This document shows, piece by piece, positions 10,030 to 18,224 of a stretch of DNA of 64,000 nucleotides. The DNA comes from Candidatus Latescibacterota bacterium (GTDB lineage: Bacteria > Latescibacterota > UBA2968), in contig OZ242320.1 of assembly GCA_965208125.1 (NCBI GenBank), positions 544,001 through 608,000 on the forward strand. Reading direction: 5' to 3'. The notes beneath the pieces are model-generated. The model made no database searches. It was not told the origin of the DNA and was given only the letters and a program-made list of their open reading frames with translations. Numbering within the stretch: position 1 is the stretch's first letter; every line of letters begins with the position of its first letter. A program made the translations under genes and the position numbers.

Positions 10030-10142
10030 GACCAGACTTGCATAGCTGGCTACTGCCGTTGATACCACAATCCCTGCTGAAGCAAAGAGAATCCCAATGC
10101 TTCAGCTTTGGGAGTATGTCAATCTCTCCACTTATCGCGCGG
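9990..10142 (+). ncRNA. Predicted TnpB omegaRNA/reRNA (scaffold plus flank-derived guide)
   Basis: Known architecture: reRNA overlaps the tnpB 3' end and right end, guide taken from the right flank; 5' boundary approximate. Confidence 0.6.
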
Positions 10143-10853
10143 ATGGGCCCGGAAGTTGAATTCTCCTCTATTGAGCGTCTCATCAAATTGAACAAGAGCC
10201 TTGATTACCTTTTTGCGGGCATCTGCCATAAACGGATTCAGCAATTGCGTCTCTCTGTATGTGGAAGGCGAGTTCGTTTTCAGGTGTTCAATCAATTGCA
10301 GGAGAAACCTGCCTGCTCCAGATGGCAACTTCTCGCGCTCTTCCTCCGGTAGATAGAGTTCAAGAGCCATCCCAATAAAATGCGCCATACCAGGACCTGT
10401 TCTGCGATCTTCATCTTCTGCAGTCCTGGGAATCAGCTTACAACCCATACGCTTCAGGCATGCTGATATCTCGGGATCCGCTTTTCCAAATAGGGATATA
10501 TTGCCTGGACCAAGATGCGATAGTCCAAACCTCTCTCGATTCAATATTGATAGTTCCTTATCTGCAGCAAGTCGTGCTGTGCAACAATCAATCACAACGC
10601 AATCAGATTTGGCATGCTCATTGATCTTCGGAACCCATTTGCCAAGTGCCCAAACGGGAATAGCCAGAAAAATAACATCTGCCCCGGAAAGACTTTCAGT
10701 ATTGTTGCTTGACTGCCGCACTCCAACATCGACCAGTTCAGAGCTTATATCGCGACTCGAAATAACCTCGACCTGAAATCGATCCGCGAATGCATTTACT
10801 GCCTGCTTTCCCATTCTGCCGAAACCGATTATGCAAAGTCTCTTACTTGCCAT
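10119..10853 (-). CDS. Prephenate/arogenate dehydrogenase-like NAD(P)-binding protein
   Basis: IIGFGRMG Rossmann motif, ADVIFLAIP, VIDCC. Confidence 0.65.
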   Translation of the reverse strand: MASKRLCIIGFGRMGKQAVNAFADRFQVEVISSRDISSELVDVGVRQSSNNTESLSGADVIFLAIPVWALGKWVPKINEHAKSDCVVIDCCTARLAADKELSILNRERFGLSHLGPGNISLFGKADPEISACLKRMGCKLIPRTAEDEDRRTGPGMAHFIGMALELYLPEEEREKLPSGAGRFLLQLIEHLKTNSPSTYRETQLLNPFMADARKKVIKALVQFDETLNRGEFNFRAHPRDKWRD

Positions 10854-10887
10854 TACAAATGATGTCCTTTATGTGAACTTTTGCTAT

Positions 10888-11580
10888 TCATATCGCCTGC
10901 TCAATCCAGTTGGGAAGATGCAAAACCAGATCATTCATTATCCTCTCTGTATTTTCTACATAAATCTGCACATTGCCTTCATAAGCCTCGCCGCCTTCAG
11001 CCCCCACCAAATCTGTAACCCCGCGTAAAATGAGACATCTGACCTTATTTCGGTTTGCTACCCAGGCAATTGCGCCCGACTCCCAATCCCCTGCTACTGC
11101 ACCATATTTGGACTTCAAAACCGAAATATCTTCTGCCACCAGATCGCGGTCTGCTGATACCAGAACAGTTCTCAACACGGGATGGGGATATGGCTCACTT
11201 AACCACGAAAGATCAATCTCAGTTGTATAATCTCTGATCGCTTCCTCGGCATCCAACATCTGCTCGACAATATCATAGACAACCGTACACTCAACCAGCA
11301 CAATCGTATCCTTCTCAACCCCGCTTTCAAATCCACCGCAAGTCCCCAAATTCACCACGAGATTTGGAGACCATCGATCAATAGCATATTGTGCTGATGC
11401 AGCCGCCGAAATCTTACCCCATCCTCCGTGAAAAAATAGAACTGACTGTTGCCCACCTTTAATGTCAAGGTGCGTCTCAAACCATTGTCCATAAGGAGAT
11501 ACTTGTAGGTCAGCATCGGGAAAAATTCTCCCGATAGAATCCCATTCAATATTGGCTGAAATGATCACAACAACAAACAT
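10888..11580 (-). CDS. MTA/SAH nucleosidase-like protein (PNP_UDP_1 fold)
   Basis: GGWGKISAAA, NLGTCGG, GDWESGAIA, LRGVTD. Confidence 0.8.
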   Translation of the reverse strand: MFVVVIISANIEWDSIGRIFPDADLQVSPYGQWFETHLDIKGGQQSVLFFHGGWGKISAAASAQYAIDRWSPNLVVNLGTCGGFESGVEKDTIVLVECTVVYDIVEQMLDAEEAIRDYTTEIDLSWLSEPYPHPVLRTVLVSADRDLVAEDISVLKSKYGAVAGDWESGAIAWVANRNKVRCLILRGVTDLVGAEGGEAYEGNVQIYVENTERIMNDLVLHLPNWIEQAI

Positions 11581-11581
11581 A

Positions 11582-11643
11582 GACTAAACTCTTGGGATAG
11601 CCTCGAAATAGTGAAGGCATCACTCTACAAATAGGGATTCAAT
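11582..11643. repeat. 62-bp direct repeat, copy 2 (orphan APH 3' stub IESLFVE* plus spacer)
   Basis: 60/62 identical to 7417-7478. Confidence 0.95.
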
Positions 11644-11709
11644 TTTCAGTCTCCAACTTGATTCCATACATTGGCTGCATACATTAAGCCTATTTCGGGA
11701 CTACGAAGA

Positions 11710-11750
11710 TTTACTAATATTGTGACAACTTTAGCGGCAAAATGGTTTCT
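11710..11750. repeat. 41-bp conserved intergenic module, copy B
   Basis: 32/41 ungapped identity to 21939-21979; + strand ATG follows after a 36-nt gap (11787). Confidence 0.7.
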
Positions 11751-11801
11751 ATATTGAAAAATATATCTACGATACAGGAACCAAAAATGGCGTGGGCTGG
11801 T

Positions 11802-12824
11802 TTACCCAGCTACGCCATGCAGGTGCTCTACATCGGAAACCGCCGCACTCAGGAAATCAGGCGTCCTGGGATGTAGAAGGCGGCCACAGTCCCAGAAAAA
11901 CCTTATCCCCCGGAGACTCGCGACAATTGACAGTATCTTCTCCTCTACAGGTGATAACTCCATAAGGGGCTTTTCAATGACGGTCTCGTAGGAACATCGA
12001 AAAGCATCAACATACCCGGGTTCGAAATGCTCTGAACCCGGCTTGACCACATATTCCCCTTCAGCTTGCCGCAGGTCATGGGCTGCCGTCCCCCATCCGG
12101 CCGATTGGAAGTCATGGACATTTGAAATACGCAGTGAGTTGCCGTTCTCCACAAGCACGTTGTGGAGTCCTGCTTCTCCCCACAGGAATACGTTATCGCC
12201 ATGCACCCTGACTTCGGGCACCGGGTCCGTGGCGACCAATAGCCTGCCCCAGAGTTCCGGCAGGGTTGCCGCCATGGAGGAAACCAATACCTCGTCTCCA
12301 AACATTGCTTCCTGGATTGTCTCTTCCCATGACGCAAGATCTCTCTCCGTCTGAGATTGAAGTTCGTCTGGACACTGTTGGCTGTGAATATGTGCCACTA
12401 TTTGTCCCAGTAGTGCGCCCAACTGCAACCGCTGTGCTCGAGATGCGTCCAGGTAGTAACTGAGTCCCGACTTCCCCAACTCGCATGGGATCAAAAGACA
12501 TTCTGATTCTCCATCGCCATCGTACACCAGAGATTCAGACACCGGAACACCGGCGACGCCGCGCAATGCCTTTGTGGCGACGAACTCGGTTTTCAAACTG
12601 AAACCGAGGGATTGGCGAAACTGTATCTTCAAGATCACCCGTCCGTGGACGCGAGTCTCCACCAGAAAAATCTGGTTTGTGAAATTAGTCTCCAGACGCC
12701 TGATCGACCGGGACGAGCTGAAACCATGTTTCTCGAAAAGCGCATCGATCTGTGCGCGGGTTACATCCGGCTTATCGCGGAATAGAGCACGGATATCCTT
12801 CATGCTGGCGAGTCTTGTTACCAT
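11802..12824 (-). CDS. APH/choline-kinase-like phosphotransferase (divergent)
   Basis: TNQIFLV…VILK N-lobe; degenerate WGEAGLHNVLV and VHDFQSAGWG…DL motifs. Confidence 0.65.
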   Translation of the reverse strand: MVTRLASMKDIRALFRDKPDVTRAQIDALFEKHGFSSSRSIRRLETNFTNQIFLVETRVHGRVILKIQFRQSLGFSLKTEFVATKALRGVAGVPVSESLVYDGDGESECLLIPCELGKSGLSYYLDASRAQRLQLGALLGQIVAHIHSQQCPDELQSQTERDLASWEETIQEAMFGDEVLVSSMAATLPELWGRLLVATDPVPEVRVHGDNVFLWGEAGLHNVLVENGNSLRISNVHDFQSAGWGTAAHDLRQAEGEYVVKPGSEHFEPGYVDAFRCSYETVIEKPLMELSPVEEKILSIVASLRGIRFFWDCGRLLHPRTPDFLSAAVSDVEHLHGVAG

Positions 12825-12884
12825 GCGGTGCTGTCTCCGCGGGATATTCTGACTGATTTGTTATGCAGACAGCCCAAGGAAGTG

Positions 12885-13319
12885 CTATAAATGTGAGTCA
12901 CGCGCTCGTATCAGATTATCTACTCCGTATTTCCCCGAACCGATAACCACAAACATCCCTGTAATAACCAGGTACAGAAATGCCATCTCCTTTGTGCTAA
13001 ATGGATCTGCTGCATGTTGAAAGAACGCGGCCACCAACATGGTAAACCATATAAAAAATGCCCCTGGCCGCGTGAGTAAACCCAGTGCCAACAGTAGCCC
13101 GCCGCCAAACTCCGAAAAGGCTGCCATCCAGGCAAAAAACTCGGGAACAGGAAACCCCAGATCTCCCGTAATGGTCACAAACCGCTCGGAAGGTGGGATC
13201 TTCCCCAATCCATGTCCCAATGCCATACTCAACCCTACAAACACCCTGAGAATCGCCAACCCGACATTTGCCGGGATCGACTCAATAACCGATCCACCAA
13301 ATAAAAGTCGCTTAATCAT
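12885..13319 (-). CDS. DoxX family membrane protein
   Basis: LRVFVG…HGLGK, EFGGGLLLALGLLTR, GSGKYGVD; RBS AGGAGG. Confidence 0.9.
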   Translation of the reverse strand: MIKRLLFGGSVIESIPANVGLAILRVFVGLSMALGHGLGKIPPSERFVTITGDLGFPVPEFFAWMAAFSEFGGGLLLALGLLTRPGAFFIWFTMLVAAFFQHAADPFSTKEMAFLYLVITGMFVVIGSGKYGVDNLIRARDSHL

Positions 13320-13329
13320 ATTCAACCTC

Positions 13330-13535
13330 CTAATTAAGGTTCACCGCCCTTTTCTCAGAGAGTTCAATACCGTATTTCCACTCCTGAGCATTACATACCC
13401 ACTATTCAATCATTTTTCAGAGTTCGCAATAGAATTTTTGAGATCCTCATTTTCCAGGTCTTCAAGAGAATGAAGGTCAATCGGTATGAGAATCCCGTTT
13501 GCGATCCCAACTTTGAGATCAAGACTTAACCTCAT
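13330..13535 (-). pseudogene. Fused gene remnants: 41-aa 5' stub (MRLSLDLKV…) plus 3' fragment of an ANT-like paralog (…WKYGIEL…)
   Basis: RBS and ATG at 13535, stop at 13410; 13363-13381 is identical to 19360-19378. Confidence 0.55.
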
Positions 13536-13536
13536 A

Positions 13537-15633
13537 TCACCCCTTGAGATATTGATTGAACCAGTTGAACACGCTTTCGTAATGATCCCTGGTATTCTCA
13601 GCCGACCAATTAGCAGGAACATGGCCCTCGCGTTGATATTCTCGCATTTCCACTCGTTTGCCAAGTCGCCTGAGACCGAGGAATGTCTCCCGTGCATTCA
13701 CCGATCCAGGTACATCTTTGGTTCCGCATATAACCAACACCGGCGCTTCGACCTGGTCGAAAGCAAAGATCGGCGAGTTCTCAATATACGCATCTCGTTT
13801 CTCCCAGAGACTGCCACCATTTCGCGCTTGCTTCCCCTCGCACCACCCTATTCTTGCTACATCTATAAGATAGGTACTGGTCATGTTGATTCCGAACGGC
13901 GCATTGGCAACCGCAGCGCGAAAAGCCCGTGTTTGCGTAACCAATGCCATCACACCATAAGCACCATAGCTGTGACCCCAAATACCGATTCGATTTTTGT
14001 CGGCAAAACCCATTTCTATGGCACGATTAACAGCAGGTAGTGTTACACCCACAATCTGCTCAATTGGATTATTGTCCTCCATAATCGAATCTGGATATAG
14101 TGCAGCATAACCGGCACTGGTGAGTAACCGCGCTTCCGAAGCATACCTATCGCGCCTTGAAAAATGACTCCCAGGATAGATAGTGACAACCATGGGGAGC
14201 TGGTCTCCCGCCCGAGTGTCTCTGGGAAGAAAAAGAGCCGCCTTCTGTACACGACCATTCGCGTCCTTAAACTCTATAACTTTGCGCACCGGTTGTTCCA
14301 CATCCTGTCGCCAGGGATTGGTCTTAAGTAGTGTAGTGGACTCTCCACCGTCGAGAGGGTATGCATGTACCGCCTCTCTGCCGCGAGCAAAAACGAAATG
14401 TTTGGATGCTATTAGAGTGAACTCATCAGGACTTGAAAGTGGCGCAGGACAAACCGTAGTTGTCTCGCCGGAAACAGAGTGAATGCGGACGATATATTTC
14501 AAGTTATCGCGTTTGTCAATTGCGTGGGCAAGAATATTGCCCTGATCGTCAGTACGAAGAACTGAATCACCGTACCGTTGCGCAATCACATTTATCCTCA
14601 TCTGAGTTGAATCCTTTAACAGCCGACGAATCTTACCGTCCTCAATAGAAAGATGATACAAACATCCTTTTTGGAGCCAAATCAGGCGCGTACCATCCTC
14701 GGTCCACCAGGGTATTTGAAAGTTACCCAGAGACGAAGTGAATTCTGCTACCCTTATAGGCCCAGTTGATCCGTCCGCCGGTGCGAAGTAGAGATGTTGA
14801 GGGTCACCCCACTTTCCACCGGTGACATAGGCAATTGTCTGACAATCGGGGGACCACGAGAAACGACAGGCATAACTGTTGACCGGTACTTCCCGAGCGA
14901 TCACATAAGACTCGCGACCATCAAGTGGGACAACAGTCACATCGGCAATAGTGTGGGGGCGATCCACCGGGTATGCAATTTGATTGAGAAGTGCGACAGC
15001 TTGCCCATCAGGAGCCATAGCCATACGCTGGGTATTGAATGTGTGACCAGACGCTAACTCTGTTACAATGCCTGAGCTTATCTCCACAACACCGACACAC
15101 TTATCAGTATCGGACAATTCAAAGACTGATCTATGCTGGTCTGATGCGGGCTGTTCCGGAGTGTATGATTGCACAATGATGTCAGGAGATTTTTTAGAAA
15201 CACGGGCATTCGGAATCAAAGGCACGATGATGCGGTGACCGTCAGGAGTCCATTGAGGAATGGTGCGCCACACGCGGATCACGGCGTTGGATACGAGGAA
15301 TACTTCGCGCGTCTGTCTGTTCCACAATCCAACACAGGCATGAGCATCTTGTGTCACGACACAGGCGGCAAGTATTTGTCCGTCTGGAGACCATTGGCCT
15401 GCCCAACTCATTCGCAGATCAGAAAACGGCTCTATGGACTCACCTGTTTCAACATCTATAAGGACAATGTATGCGCCGTTCACTTCACCATAATTGGCAT
15501 CGTCAGGCACGCGACGCTTCCCCCGGCTGAGTGTTACAGCAAGCAATCCGCCATCAGGCGAAAGATCCCACGGACAACGACTGGTAAACTGATTGACATT
15601 CAATAAGTCATCAACAGTGAATGCTCGCGACAT
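13537..15633 (-). CDS. S9 family peptidase (beta-propeller plus prolyl oligopeptidase domain)
   Basis: Repeated WSPDG, GIWGHSYG nucleophile, G.KD, EGH. Confidence 0.92.
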   Translation of the reverse strand: MSRAFTVDDLLNVNQFTSRCPWDLSPDGGLLAVTLSRGKRRVPDDANYGEVNGAYIVLIDVETGESIEPFSDLRMSWAGQWSPDGQILAACVVTQDAHACVGLWNRQTREVFLVSNAVIRVWRTIPQWTPDGHRIIVPLIPNARVSKKSPDIIVQSYTPEQPASDQHRSVFELSDTDKCVGVVEISSGIVTELASGHTFNTQRMAMAPDGQAVALLNQIAYPVDRPHTIADVTVVPLDGRESYVIAREVPVNSYACRFSWSPDCQTIAYVTGGKWGDPQHLYFAPADGSTGPIRVAEFTSSLGNFQIPWWTEDGTRLIWLQKGCLYHLSIEDGKIRRLLKDSTQMRINVIAQRYGDSVLRTDDQGNILAHAIDKRDNLKYIVRIHSVSGETTTVCPAPLSSPDEFTLIASKHFVFARGREAVHAYPLDGGESTTLLKTNPWRQDVEQPVRKVIEFKDANGRVQKAALFLPRDTRAGDQLPMVVTIYPGSHFSRRDRYASEARLLTSAGYAALYPDSIMEDNNPIEQIVGVTLPAVNRAIEMGFADKNRIGIWGHSYGAYGVMALVTQTRAFRAAVANAPFGINMTSTYLIDVARIGWCEGKQARNGGSLWEKRDAYIENSPIFAFDQVEAPVLVICGTKDVPGSVNARETFLGLRRLGKRVEMREYQREGHVPANWSAENTRDHYESVFNWFNQYLKG

Positions 15634-15700
15634 ATTTATCTCTCCTGGGGCTTACTGCTGTTGAGCTTCTGTTAAAAAACGTCTGCTGTTCAAATTGCGA

Positions 15701-16435
15701 CTATGCCACAGCATCTCTGAATATCCCCGCTGTGGTCGATATAACCTCATCCCAAAGCCTGCGCCCCAACTCGGCACTCGCTCTGGTCGCATCACCAATG
15801 ACACCAGTATCTGAGTATTTTGAGAAATCGAGATGCGGATCATTCCAATCCACTTCTCTTGAACTGGACGAAGGGATGTTCTCAAGTCTAACCGTAGCCG
15901 GGCGTCTATACATGGCAATCGAAGTCGTGAAACTATCGGCATGACCACCTGGAACGCTGGGATCAGATACCCGGCACCAAATGTCGTGATATGGCAAGGA
16001 TGGAAGACAAGCCTTGCATCTTAGATGGAACTTCGCGTTGAATCTATTCACCGCCTCCTGAAGTCGATGCTCACCGCAGCCGCGCCAGACAACAACAGTC
16101 CCAAAGCCCTGTTCTGCCAGCGATTCAAGGACGAAATAGACATACGCTTCATGAACAACGTGCGGGATGTTGACATATCCCGAGCCAAAGCCCCGATGTT
16201 CGGGCGTGGGGCCAAACGGTATGGCTGGCAAAACCAGAGCACGCACATCGTGATAACGTGCCGCCTGCTGTGCAGCCTCCAGAGCAACGGCTTCCGCAAA
16301 CCATGTGTCGAAATCTACTGGCAAATGTGGACCCTGTTGCTCTGTGCATCCTGTGGGTACAATCGCCAGGCACCCAGCTTCTATAAGGTCCTTGATTTCT
16401 AAGTACGTATAATCAGTGAATTTATGAGAGTTCAT
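15701..16435 (-). CDS. Creatininase family amidohydrolase
   Basis: P.G.TEQQGPHLP..FD, EH..F.G, GGHAD.FTTS, GVIGD. Confidence 0.88.
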   Translation of the reverse strand: MNSHKFTDYTYLEIKDLIEAGCLAIVPTGCTEQQGPHLPVDFDTWFAEAVALEAAQQAARYHDVRALVLPAIPFGPTPEHRGFGSGYVNIPHVVHEAYVYFVLESLAEQGFGTVVVWRGCGEHRLQEAVNRFNAKFHLRCKACLPSLPYHDIWCRVSDPSVPGGHADSFTTSIAMYRRPATVRLENIPSSSSREVDWNDPHLDFSKYSDTGVIGDATRASAELGRRLWDEVISTTAGIFRDAVA

Positions 16436-16510
16436 TTTTTAGAGTTTTGATAGTCCTGAATGCTCCCCGTAGCGAGTTGTGCGGAGGCGCAAGCGCGACA
16501 CAACGAAAAC

Positions 16511-16539
16511 CGCTGTGTTACACAATGTGCAACACAGCG
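16511..16539. repeat. Near-perfect 29-bp palindrome
   Basis: CGCTGTGTTACACA-A-TGTGCAACACAGCG (14-bp arms, 1 mismatch). Confidence 0.85.
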
Positions 16540-16599
16540 TACTGGCCATGGACAGCGTAATTCCATCTCATTGGATATTCAGTGGAAATAGACTGCCGA

Positions 16600-16860
16600 T
16601 CAAGCGGCTGTGGTCTGTCTAATTTCCCAACCGGGAAAAACGAGAACAGCCGGATGGCACTGCAACGCCCGAGCGAGTACCTTGGCGCGCTCAACTCCAA
16701 GCTGGATGCGGTTATTTTCGATGGCTGAAATAGTTGATTGGGGAATGCCTGTGCGTCTGGCAAGCTCGTTTTGACTAAACTCCTGAAGTTCGCGGATAAT
16801 ACGGACGGACTCACCTACGGATACCTCAATCTGCTTCCTGGCACGACGGTAATTTTTCAT
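16600..16860 (-). CDS. HigA-like Xre/HTH antitoxin
   Basis: RIIRELQEFSQNELARRTGIPQSTISAIEN HTH; directly downstream of the toxin. Confidence 0.85.
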   Translation of the reverse strand: MKNYRRARKQIEVSVGESVRIIRELQEFSQNELARRTGIPQSTISAIENNRIQLGVERAKVLARALQCHPAVLVFPGWEIRQTTAA

Positions 16861-16861
16861 T

Positions 16862-17143
16862 TTACTGTCTCCGATAATCATGAGCGGTTAGACTTACAAC
16901 CTGCACGAGAACTCTGCTGGCTTCGGTTTTGTATATGACGCGGTAGTGGAGACCAAGCCGAGATGACCTGTGTCCTTGCCATTTTCCTCTCAGTGCTTCG
17001 TCATGAAATCCTTTGATAAGCCTCAAACCTTGAGGACCTGATATCATAACGATATCTTTCCATTTTTCGTAACGCTTGAGAATTTCCTGGGGCATAGATT
17101 TTATCTGCTTGCCCACCCTTCGATGCTCGAGAATAGTCCACAT
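16862..17143 (-). CDS. RelE/HigB/YoeB-superfamily mRNA interferase toxin
   Basis: HDEALRGKWQGHRSSRL..HYRVIY; toxin-first order. Confidence 0.82.
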   Translation of the reverse strand: MWTILEHRRVGKQIKSMPQEILKRYEKWKDIVMISGPQGLRLIKGFHDEALRGKWQGHRSSRLGLHYRVIYKTEASRVLVQVVSLTAHDYRRQ

Positions 17144-17178
17144 ACCATATAATATATAGATTATTTATGGTATGTCAA
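17141..17178 (-). promoter_or_regulatory. TA promoter with inverted-repeat operator
   Basis: TTGACA-16 nt-TATATT, 7 nt before ATG; IR CATACCATA (17141-17149)/TATGGTATG (17166-17174). Confidence 0.75.
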
Positions 17179-17238
17179 TTCGCTCCTACCAATCGTTGTA
17201 GATCGCATTAACCCACTATTAGGTGATACAAATATTTT

Positions 17239-17682
17239 TTACATCTTTCCTTCGTTGATCAAATCGATCGCAGAAGGTCCTGTTTGCACCTTGTAATATG
17301 TCCTTGCCCTGTCCGCGAAGTAATCCTTAATGCGCTCGACCTGCTTGGGGGACGTGTTGCTCGGGATACGATCTAAATGAAAATACTCAATCTGATCCGC
17401 CTCATCGGTAAGCTGGATTGTACCCCCTGTAACCTGGCAGAAAAATGACAACACGACCTCATTTTTATCTGGTTTACTATACACCCCACTGAGATGGACG
17501 GGCACAGCTTTCAAACCCGTTTCTTCTTCTATCTCTCGCACCAGAGCAGCCCACGGACTCTCGCCTGCCTCAACGCCCCCACCGGGCAAATTCCACAAAT
17601 CGAAGTCGCGTCGGTGGCACAGCAAGACGCGGTCTTTATCATCGGTAATAATTCCAAAAACGCCGATTGTAAACACAATCAA
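17239..17682 (-). CDS. NUDIX hydrolase
   Basis: LPGGGVEAGESPWAALVREIEEETG Nudix box; TTG start overlapping upstream TGA. Confidence 0.92.
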   Translation of the reverse strand: MIVFTIGVFGIITDDKDRVLLCHRRDFDLWNLPGGGVEAGESPWAALVREIEEETGLKAVPVHLSGVYSKPDKNEVVLSFFCQVTGGTIQLTDEADQIEYFHLDRIPSNTSPKQVERIKDYFADRARTYYKVQTGPSAIDLINEGKM

Positions 17683-18224
17683 ATTTCCTTTTTGATATAT
17701 CGAACATATCCCAACTCGGCTTCGGAGATACCCAATCCATCCAGTTCACCTATTGGGACAAATGTCGCTTCCTCTTCATAGTCATCGGCGCACATTAAAC
17801 CTGGCACATATTTGGAAGCGCAGGCAGTGTAAACGATTTGAAAAAAGTGAGGATATGGGAACTGGAATCCAGGCGACTTCGGCTTGAGATGTTTCAGATG
17901 GATGAACCCCAGACGTGAGATAGATTCAATCGTCCAGCCTGTCTCCTCTGCAACTTCGCGGCGAAGTGTTTGTTCGAAAGTCTCGCCCTCTTCGCGACGA
18001 CCACCCGGCAAAATGTGGTTGCCCTTGCGATTCCTGAGTCCCAGAACAGAATCATGCTGAAAAACGAGACATCGAACAGAAGTTACAAACTCCTCTGGCG
18101 GCTGTTCATCGGAACAAAAATAACGCACGCGCAAAGGCATCGTCCCATCTGCCCACAGAGCTTCTGTCTCGTGAAAAGGAGTCTTACCCTTCAAAAATAT
18201 CTGTAAGTCTTCGTTATGATTCAA
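17679..18224 (-). CDS. NUDIX hydrolase
   Basis: LPGGRREEGETFEQTLRREVAEETG; start probably TTG 18224 (track start lies inside dcd). Confidence 0.85.
   Translation of the reverse strand: MNHNEDLQIFLKGKTPFHETEALWADGTMPLRVRYFCSDEQPPEEFVTSVRCLVFQHDSVLGLRNRKGNHILPGGRREEGETFEQTLRREVAEETGWTIESISRLGFIHLKHLKPKSPGFQFPYPHFFQIVYTACASKYVPGLMCADDYEEEATFVPIGELDGLGISEAELGYVRYIKKEI

Larger units (their letters stand above)
8310..10122 (+). mobile_element. IS200/IS605-family insertion sequence (tnpA+tnpB), apparently complete
   Basis: Left-end hairpin ATCCCCAAGTCCTTCAGGCTTGGGAT (~8324-8349); right-end GAATCCCAATGCTTCAGCTTTGGGAG then TCAA (10119-10122); left boundary inferred after TTAG 8306-8309. Confidence 0.9.

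Noticed and set aside
13397-17220. Shared 10-mer ACCCACTATT in two spacers
   Set aside because: Short enough to be expected by chance.
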